Below, piece by piece: positions 8,281 to 14,216 of a stretch of DNA of 14,216 nucleotides (its first letter is position 1; every line of letters starts with the position of its first letter). A program made the translations under genes and the position numbers. The stretch is from a virus (Duplodnaviria > Heunggongvirae > Uroviricota > Caudoviricetes), in IMG/VR virus record IMGVR_UViG_2563366885_000002, one strand, 5' to 3'. The notes beneath the pieces are model-generated. The model saw nothing but the letters and a program-made list of their open reading frames with translations. It ran no database searches and was not told where the DNA came from.

Positions 8281-8727
8281 ATGTACTGCACCCTGGAGGA
8301 TTTGCTTGCGCAGGTGCCGGAGCGGACGCTTATCGAGCTCACCAGTGAAGAGATGGACTTCGACTCGCCTGCAACAGTGAATACCCGTGTGGTGGACAGC
8401 TGTATCCGCTATGCCGACGAGCTGATTGATGCCCATCTGCGCGGACGCTATATCCTGCCACTGGCAGAGATACCGACTGTTCTGCGGGACATTGCCATCA
8501 CGCTGGTCCGTTACCGGCTCTACGCCCGCCGCCCGGAAGGTGACCTCCCGGATACGGTAAAGGATGACCACAAAGAAGCGCTGCGGCAACTCAGGGAGTT
8601 ACGTGATAACAGGCTCACGCTGGGGCTGCCGTCCACTCAGAAAGATGTGCCTGAGCCTGGCGAGTTTCGTGTACGCAGTCGCCCGGCCACTTTCGGCGGT
8701 CGTGACGGTTTACTGGAGAAATACTGA
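8281..8727 (+). CDS. Head completion / head-tail joining protein (Mu gp36-like, DUF1320-type).
   Basis: 148 aa from ATG 8281, one base after the upstream TGA (8277-8279). The ORF-track start at 8119 would overlap the preceding gene by 160 nt and is not favoured. Call is by synteny and size. Confidence 0.65.
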   Translation: MYCTLEDLLAQVPERTLIELTSEEMDFDSPATVNTRVVDSCIRYADELIDAHLRGRYILPLAEIPTVLRDIAITLVRYRLYARRPEGDLPDTVKDDHKEALRQLRELRDNRLTLGLPSTQKDVPEPGEFRVRSRPATFGGRDGLLEKY

Positions 8728-9191
8728 TGAACGTTCTGCCCGTCCTTGATGCGGTACTGGCCCGGTTACGCGAGAAGCTGCCGCAACTGCAGGTGGAGTA
8801 CTTCCCGGAGAAACCGGCTGAATATCGCCTGAACCATCCGGTTGGCGCGTTGCTGTTGAGCTATGCCGGTTCGCGCTTTGACAGGCCGGATGATACCGGT
8901 GCGGTGATCCAGTCTCAGACTATCCAGCTCTGCGTCACGGTGGTCTTCCGCCAGCTCAACGGTAAAAAAGGGGCGATTAATGTCCTGGATGCTGTCCGCC
9001 GCATTCTCGGTGGCCACACCCCGCCCGGCTGCCGCCGCCGTATCTGGCTGACCCGCGAGGTGTTTATCGGTGAAGTCAGGGGGCTGTGGCAGTACGCCCT
9101 CGACTTCGCGACTGAAAGCGTCTTTATCGAAGACAGCGATTTACCGTCCGGCCCGCTGTTAACCGAAGTGAACTATGAGGAAAGCGAGTGA
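8727..9191 (+). CDS. Mu gp37-like protein (DUF1834-type), head-tail region.
   Basis: 154-aa ORF coupled to the upstream gene by a TGATG overlap (8725-8729). Call is by synteny. Confidence 0.65.
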   Translation: MNVLPVLDAVLARLREKLPQLQVEYFPEKPAEYRLNHPVGALLLSYAGSRFDRPDDTGAVIQSQTIQLCVTVVFRQLNGKKGAINVLDAVRRILGGHTPPGCRRRIWLTREVFIGEVRGLWQYALDFATESVFIEDSDLPSGPLLTEVNYEESE

Positions 9192-9442
9192 TGAAAGAAT
9201 ACCGCTATTCCGGCCCGGCCAGCGGCGTCACGCTGTCGGACGGAACCGAAATCCTGCTCTGGCCGGGGAAGACGGTTTCCCTGCCGGAGGAGCATGACTA
9301 CGTGAAGGTACTGGTGGCGCTGAAACATCTGACGCCGGTACCTGAAGAGACTAAACCCGCCGGCACACCGGCTGTGCAGTCACCAAAGCGCAGAAGCAGC
9401 AGTGACAGCGAAGTGAAAACGGAGGACACCCATGGCAGCTAA
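9191..9442 (+). CDS. Small hypothetical protein (Mu gp38 position).
   Basis: About 83 aa from ATG 9191 (TGATG overlap with the upstream stop), preceded by GAGGAAAG. Pro/Ser-rich C-terminus. It overlaps the sheath start by 11 nt. Confidence 0.55.
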   Translation: MKEYRYSGPASGVTLSDGTEILLWPGKTVSLPEEHDYVKVLVALKHLTPVPEETKPAGTPAVQSPKRRSSSDSEVKTEDTHGS

Positions 9443-10859
9443 CTATCTGCATGGTCCCGAAACCATTGAGGTGGAAAACGGTGCCCGCCCGGTTAAAACG
9501 GTGAAATCTGCCGTTATTGGCCTGATTGGTACCGCCCCGATGGGGGATGTCAATACGCTGGTACAGTGCCTGTCTGAGAAAGACGCAGCGGCATTTGGCA
9601 GCCAGTTCACCGGCTTTACCATTCCGCAGGCGCTGGATGCGATTTATGACCATGGTGCAGGTACCGTTCTGGTCATTAACGTCCTCGACCCGGCGAAACA
9701 TAAAACGGCGATCGAGGATGAGGTGGTTACCTTTGACAAATCGACAGGGCAGGCCAGACTGGCGCATCCGGTTGTCGCTAATGTGGTGGTGAAAAACAGT
9801 GAAGGCAGCACCTCCCACACGGCGAACACGGACTACCGTGTTGATGCGCAGGCGGGTGTGCTCACGAACCTGGGCAAGGCTATTGAGGCCGGTGGCAGCG
9901 TGAAGGTGAGCTATGAGTACGCGGACCCGTCGAAGGTGACTGCGGCGGACATCATCGGCGGGGTGAACAGCGCCGGAAACCGAACCGGCATGAAGCTGCT
10001 TAACGACAGCTTCAACCTGTACGGCTATTTCGCCAAAATTCTGATTGCGCCGGTGTTCTGCACCCAGAAGAGTGTCGCAGTTGAGCTTATCGCCATGGCA
10101 GAGAAGCTGGGCGCGGTAACCTACATTGATGCGCCTGTCGGTACCACCTTTGCACAGGCTCTGGCAGGTCGTGGCCCGGAAGGCACCATCAACTTCAATA
10201 CCAGCTCCGACCGCGTCCGTCTGTGCTATCCGCATGTGAAGGTATATGACCCGGTGACAAACACAGAGCGTCTGGAGCCGCTCAGCCAGCGTGCAGCAGG
10301 TCTGCGTGCCAGAGTCGATCTGGACAAGGGCTACTGGTGGTCATCCTCCAATCAGGAGATTCTGGGGATCACCGGCGTGGAGCGCCAGCTGTCCGCGATG
10401 ATTGATGACCCGCAGAGTGAGGTGAACCTGCTTAACGAACAGGGGATCACCACGGTATTCAGCAGTTACGGCAGCGGCCTTCGTCTGTGGGGTAACCGGA
10501 CGGCAGCATGGCCAACGGTCACCCATATGCGTAACTTTGAGAACGTTCGCCGCACCGGTGATGTGATCAACGAGTCCATTCGTTATTTCAGCCAGCAGTA
10601 CATCGACATGCCGATTACTCAGGCGCTGATTGATGCACTGACGGAGTCGGTCAACGCCTACGGTCGCAAAATGACTGGTGATGGTGCGGTACTGGGCTTC
10701 CGTTGCTGGTTTGATCCGGCCCGCAATCCGGAGACGGAGCTGGCCGCCGGGCACCTGTTGCTGAGCTACAAATATACGCCACCACCGCCGCTGGAGCGAC
10801 TGACGTTTGAGACTGAGATCACCTCGGAATACCTGTTAACCCTGAAAGGGGGCAACTGA
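9432..10859 (+). CDS. Contractile tail sheath protein (Mu L-like, gp39-type).
   Basis: 475-aa ORF with a strong Shine-Dalgarno (GGAGGA, 9421-9426). It lies directly upstream of the tube gene; size is typical of sheath proteins. Confidence 0.82.
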   Translation: MAANYLHGPETIEVENGARPVKTVKSAVIGLIGTAPMGDVNTLVQCLSEKDAAAFGSQFTGFTIPQALDAIYDHGAGTVLVINVLDPAKHKTAIEDEVVTFDKSTGQARLAHPVVANVVVKNSEGSTSHTANTDYRVDAQAGVLTNLGKAIEAGGSVKVSYEYADPSKVTAADIIGGVNSAGNRTGMKLLNDSFNLYGYFAKILIAPVFCTQKSVAVELIAMAEKLGAVTYIDAPVGTTFAQALAGRGPEGTINFNTSSDRVRLCYPHVKVYDPVTNTERLEPLSQRAAGLRARVDLDKGYWWSSSNQEILGITGVERQLSAMIDDPQSEVNLLNEQGITTVFSSYGSGLRLWGNRTAAWPTVTHMRNFENVRRTGDVINESIRYFSQQYIDMPITQALIDALTESVNAYGRKMTGDGAVLGFRCWFDPARNPETELAAGHLLLSYKYTPPPPLERLTFETEITSEYLLTLKGGN

Positions 10860-11380
10860 TGTCAAAGATTGAGATAAACCGCATCACGAATGCCAACATC
10901 TATCTGGATGGTACTAACCTGCTGGGACGGGCTGAGGAAGTTAAACTCCCCGATGTCTCCATGATTATGCAGGAACACAAGGCGCTGGGGATGGTGGGTA
11001 AGGTGGAACTCCCGGCTGGTTTTGACAAACTGGAAGGCGAAATCAAATGGAACAGCTTTTACCGCGATGCGATGCTGTCTGCCGCGAACCCGTACAGGTC
11101 GCTGGCACTGCAGTGTCGTTCCAGCGTCCAGCGCTACAGCTCGCAGGGGCTGATTGACGAAATCCCGCTGGTCACCTTCCTGACGATTATGTTCAAGAAG
11201 AACCCGCTGGGGACGTTCAAACAGCACGAGAACGCCGAGTTCTCCAGTAGCTTCACCTGCACGTATATCAGACAGGTACTGGATGGTGAAGAGCTGCTGC
11301 AACTGGACTATCTGGCCAACATCTTCCGGGTCGGCGGTGTTGATCAACTGACTGACTACCGTATCAATATCGGGGGCTGA
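10859..11380 (+). CDS. Tail tube protein (Mu M-like / P2 FII-like).
   Basis: 173-aa ORF coupled to the sheath gene by a TGATG overlap (10857-10861). Size and position between the sheath and the chaperone/tape-measure genes fit a tube protein. Confidence 0.72.
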   Translation: MSKIEINRITNANIYLDGTNLLGRAEEVKLPDVSMIMQEHKALGMVGKVELPAGFDKLEGEIKWNSFYRDAMLSAANPYRSLALQCRSSVQRYSSQGLIDEIPLVTFLTIMFKKNPLGTFKQHENAEFSSSFTCTYIRQVLDGEELLQLDYLANIFRVGGVDQLTDYRINIGG

Positions 11381-11382
11381 CG

Positions 11383-11664
11383 GTGAGTGTTGAACTGACG
11401 GATAAAGGAGGACGATGTGCGGCACTGGGCATGTCAAATGGTACGTGGTTTACCCTCCTTGATATTCCGGGGGTGGAAACCCTTTTTAATACCCGTAAAA
11501 CCAATGACCCGATTGACTGCACACGTTCAAAGGCCCGCAAACTGGCGGATTTGATTGAAGCATGGGAGCCTCCCGACCACTGGTTCTCCGGCATCGGCAA
11601 ATCTGAGGGAAAGACGCTTCTCATCGCTTTCCTGCGTAACTGCAAGGGGTTTCGCACTTGCTGA
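11383..11664 (+). CDS. Hypothetical small protein between the tail tube and chaperone genes; possible accessory (moron-like) gene.
   Basis: 93 aa from GTG 11383, with GGGGG (11372-11376) as a weak Shine-Dalgarno; an alternative ATG at 11431 gives 77 aa. Protein-like composition with four Cys. It is followed by a clean hairpin terminator. I could not assign a family. Confidence 0.45.
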   Translation: MSVELTDKGGRCAALGMSNGTWFTLLDIPGVETLFNTRKTNDPIDCTRSKARKLADLIEAWEPPDHWFSGIGKSEGKTLLIAFLRNCKGFRTC

Positions 11665-11670
11665 CATCAC

Positions 11671-11700
11671 AGGGGCTCCGGCCCCTTCTTCTTAATCTCC
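11671..11700 (+). terminator. Rho-independent terminator / attenuator.
   Basis: Perfect 6-bp GC-rich stem AGGGGC (11671-11676), loop TCCG, stem GCCCCT (11681-11686), then the T-rich tail tcttcttaatctcc. The reverse complement has no T-tract, so it is oriented for + strand transcripts. Confidence 0.5.
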
Positions 11701-11761
11701 TTTAATATCCGTCACGCGCTTCTCCCGACATACTGCCCTGAACTTACACAGGAGCACAATC

Positions 11762-12097
11762 ATGTCACAGACCCCATCCGATACTTTTAAATTGTCTTAT
11801 CCCTTCACCACTGCTGCAGGCACCAGAATTGAGCTGGTTGAACTGAAACGCCTGACGGTAAAAGACCTGAAGCAGGTGCGCAAAATCAGCAAAAACCCGG
11901 CAGACTGGGACGAACCGCTGATTGCCCGCAGTACTGGTCTTCTCCCGGAAGATCTCGACAATATGGATCTGGCTGATTACCTGCAGTTACAGAAACGATT
12001 TCAGCTCATCACGGGGATGGGTGAGAGCAACCAGGGCGCTGACGCAGGCGCAGGGGCTGCTGGCGAGATGGTTCCGGTTTCAGCCGGGGGAGATTGA
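11762..12097 (+). CDS. Tail assembly chaperone, short form (lambda G / P2 E analogue).
   Basis: 111-aa ORF with AGGAG upstream, immediately ahead of the tape measure gene. The sequence SYPFTTAAGTRIELVELKRLTVKDLKQV...DEPLIARSTGL resembles P2 E-type chaperones. An overlapping out-of-frame extension ORF is present (see next feature). Confidence 0.72.
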   Translation: MSQTPSDTFKLSYPFTTAAGTRIELVELKRLTVKDLKQVRKISKNPADWDEPLIARSTGLLPEDLDNMDLADYLQLQKRFQLITGMGESNQGADAGAGAAGEMVPVSAGGD

Positions 12098-12179
12098 TGC
12101 CCTCGATACTGACGATCTGGAGATGTGGCTGGAGCAGGCTGAAGAGCAAATAAAAAGCGAGTACGGCGACAAATCATAG
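11762..12179 (+). CDS. Tail assembly chaperone, frameshift-extended form (lambda GT / P2 E+E' analogue); needs a +1 (equivalently -2) shift near 12084-12092.
   Basis: The frame of ORF 11922..12179 is +1 relative to 11762..12097. Only its 3' portion past the GGGGG run (12086-12090) reads as protein-like (...QPGEIDALDTDDLEMWLEQAEEQIKSEYGDKS); its 5' portion is Trp/Cys-rich junk. That places the shift two codons before the short-form stop. Exact coordinates of the fused product are not determinable from sequence alone. Confidence 0.5.
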
Positions 12180-12254
12180 TACAGACAGCCGCCAGTAGCG
12201 GCTGTTCTGCGTTATCCCCTCACGTCTTTTCACCTTCCCCGGAGGTTAACCACT

Positions 12255-14216
12255 ATGTCGGGACAGTTTTCAGTCGGCGTTGTTATCGGCGGGATGATTG
12301 GTAGCACATTCCGTTCTGCAATGAGCGGTACCCGCCGTGCGCTTGATTCCCTGAGCGATACCTCACGCCGCCTGCAGGAACGTCAGAACGCTTTAACCCG
12401 TGCAACAGAACGTTATGGTCAACTGGGTTCTTCCCGGATGCAGCATCTCAACAGCGAGCTGCTGCGGGTAAGCCGCACCATGGAGCAAATTGAGCGCCAG
12501 CAGCGCCGTCTGTCAGCGGCATCCGCTACCAGTGATGCGCTGAAAGCTAACCGCATGGCGCTGTATGGTCAGGGGATTGAAGCGTATGGCATGGCACAGA
12601 CTGTTTATCATACGGTTTCCCCTGCCGTTCAGCAGTCCATGTCTTTTCAGGACAAAATGATTGATATGTCGATCACCGCAAAATATGACAATAAAACGCG
12701 GGATGGACTTGCCGGACAGATAAAAGGCTGGGCGCTTAAATACAATCAGTATCAGGATGAGCTGCAGGAGGCGGTGGGTTCACTCATCAGCGACAATATT
12801 GATAATGTGTCAGATATCGGTTTTCTGATGCCGGATATTGCCCGCGCGGCAACGGCAACACGCACGTCTGCTCAGGACTGGGCAAAAGTGGCCGCAGTCT
12901 GGCAAAACTCCCTGAAAGGTGCGGCCAGAGATTTTGGTGCCGTTCAGAATATTATGGCTTATGCCGGTGACCAGGGGTCATTTGAAATCCCGGATCAGGT
13001 CAAGTGGATGCAGTCCCTGGCCCCAATGATGGCGGGTATTGCCAGTGGAAAAGAGGCTGTTGCTGAAATCGGGGCCAGTCTCCAGATAGCAAAAATCGGT
13101 GCAGGTTCCACCGACGAAGCAGCCAATAATTTTAAAAACTTTCTTACCAAAATTTTTGCCCGCGATACTCAGAAACAGTTTGCTGATCTGGGTATTGATT
13201 TGCAGGGATCTATTGCGAGTTATAAAGCTGCGGGGATCTCTCCGATTGAAGGGATGTTGAGTGTTATAGAACGTTACCTCAATGCCAAAAGCCCCGAAGC
13301 GCTGGCCGGCTTCAAATCAGCCATGAAAATAAAGAATGATACGGCAAGAGATGAGGCACTTCAGGCTCTGGCGAAAAACTTTGGTCTGGGTGATATGTTC
13401 GCGGATATGCAGGTCATGGCATTTATCCGCCCGATGCTGGCCAACATGGACAGATATCGAGAGATCCGTGCCGGTGCTCTCAGGGCTGCGGATAACGATT
13501 TGCTTGCCAGTGCTTACGATCAGCGACTGAAATCTCCCCTTGAAGCCACTAAAACACTTATGGTCAGCAGTCGCGATCTGGCAATTACGCTGGGCGATCA
13601 ATTAGCTCCATCTTTTATTTCTTTGACTCAGGAACTGCTTCCACTCATTCAGGGGGCAAAACACTGGGTAGCGACTCACCCGCAATTTGTCAGTGGGGCT
13701 TTTAAGCTCATCAGTGCGCTCCTTGCGATTAAGATAGCGACTGTTGGTCTCAAACTGGGGCTGAATCTCCTTATTTCCCCCTTTGTAAGTGTCTGGAAAA
13801 ATGCTGTTTTACTCCGGACCAACTGGCATCGACTGACTACCGCACTCGGAGAAGGTGGCAAATTACGCTGGCTTGTCACTGGATTCAGCCGACTGACCAG
13901 CGGAGGACTGAAACTCAGCAAAGTTCTGGCGGGCAGCCTCGTTCGCGGTTTTATGAGCGCTGCACGTGCCGTTCTCTGGATTGGGCGAGCGCTGATGATG
14001 AATCCCATCGGTCTCGTTATCACCGCTGTCGCGGCAGCAGCTTACCTTATCTACCGCAACTGGGGGGCTGTCAGTGGTTGGTTTAAACAGCGCTGGGCTG
14101 ACATTCAGGAAGCCTTTAACGGCGGCATTGTGGGAACTGGTAAGTTGCTGATTAACTGGTCGCCGGCAGGCCTGCTCTATAAAGCCTTTGCGGCTGCGCT
14201 GAAATATTTCGGCGTT
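12255..14216 (+). CDS. Tail tape measure protein (Mu Y-like), N-terminal 654 codons; continues beyond the window end.
   Basis: ATG 12255 is preceded by GGAGG (12241-12245). I checked by eye that the frame is open to the last base of the window. Long helical Ala/Leu/Gln-rich sequence, and hydrophobic segments near the end (LISALLAIKIATVGLKLGLNLLISPF, IGLVITAVAAAAYLIY) typical of tape measure proteins. Not in the ORF track because it has no stop in the window. Confidence 0.85.
   Translation, partial: MSGQFSVGVVIGGMIGSTFRSAMSGTRRALDSLSDTSRRLQERQNALTRATERYGQLGSSRMQHLNSELLRVSRTMEQIERQQRRLSAASATSDALKANRMALYGQGIEAYGMAQTVYHTVSPAVQQSMSFQDKMIDMSITAKYDNKTRDGLAGQIKGWALKYNQYQDELQEAVGSLISDNIDNVSDIGFLMPDIARAATATRTSAQDWAKVAAVWQNSLKGAARDFGAVQNIMAYAGDQGSFEIPDQVKWMQSLAPMMAGIASGKEAVAEIGASLQIAKIGAGSTDEAANNFKNFLTKIFARDTQKQFADLGIDLQGSIASYKAAGISPIEGMLSVIERYLNAKSPEALAGFKSAMKIKNDTARDEALQALAKNFGLGDMFADMQVMAFIRPMLANMDRYREIRAGALRAADNDLLASAYDQRLKSPLEATKTLMVSSRDLAITLGDQLAPSFISLTQELLPLIQGAKHWVATHPQFVSGAFKLISALLAIKIATVGLKLGLNLLISPFVSVWKNAVLLRTNWHRLTTALGEGGKLRWLVTGFSRLTSGGLKLSKVLAGSLVRGFMSAARAVLWIGRALMMNPIGLVITAVAAAAYLIYRNWGAVSGWFKQRWADIQEAFNGGIVGTGKLLINWSPAGLLYKAFAAALKYFGV

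Noticed and set aside
9351-10235. 294-aa minus-strand ORF.
   Set aside because: Antisense to the tail sheath gene; composition is Arg/Cys/His-rich and non-protein-like; no start signals and no operon context.
11415-11462. Strong Shine-Dalgarno (AAGGAGGA, 11402-11409) followed by ATG 11415.
   Set aside because: That ATG opens only a 15-codon frame. The AGGAGG is more likely just coding sequence (Lys-Gly-Gly) of the GTG-initiated 93-aa ORF, although it weakens confidence in that ORF's true start.
11364-11657. 97-aa minus-strand ORF antisense to the small extra ORF.
   Set aside because: Ser/Arg/Pro-rich, low-complexity translation. The hairpin terminator at 11671-11700 is oriented for the plus strand. 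All neighbouring genes are on the plus strand.
12085-12153. Canonical -1 frameshift extension of the tail assembly chaperone.
   Set aside because: The -1 frame past the chaperone stop is open for only 22 codons and encodes a Trp/Cys/Arg-rich sequence that does not look like protein. The +1/-2 frame encodes a longer acidic, helical-looking tail and ends close to the tape measure start.
1-14216. CRISPR arrays, tRNA or rRNA genes, attachment-site repeats, defence or toxin-antitoxin gene pairs.
   Set aside because: I found no regularly spaced direct repeats, no cloverleaf-like tRNA candidates in the few non-coding gaps, and no gene pairs outside the canonical structural order. Apart from the IS and the small ORF at 11383-11664, every ORF fits the Mu-type morphogenesis series.

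Overview
This window reads as the late (virion morphogenesis) module of a Mu-like prophage, all on the + strand, preceded by the inward-facing end of an IS21-family insertion sequence on the - strand. Gene order is: IS (istA, partial) | truncated remnant of the gene upstream of the large terminase | large terminase | portal | Mu F-like head morphogenesis protein | Mu G-like protein | non-coding gap with hairpin and candidate late promoter | protease/scaffold with a nested in-frame scaffold start | major head protein | four small head-completion/joining genes | tail sheath | tail tube | small extra ORF with its own terminator | tail assembly chaperone with a frameshift extension | tape measure protein, which runs off the window end. 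I saw no rRNA, tRNA or CRISPR array. All product calls come from reading the translations (motifs, size, synteny) and from memory of phage families; no searches were run. I do not find a convincing novel multi-gene system (defence, toxin or similar) here. The items most worth a second look are the IS insertion that truncates the packaging operon, the non-canonical (+1/-2) frameshift geometry in the chaperone gene, and the uncharacterised small ORF between the tail tube and chaperone genes.
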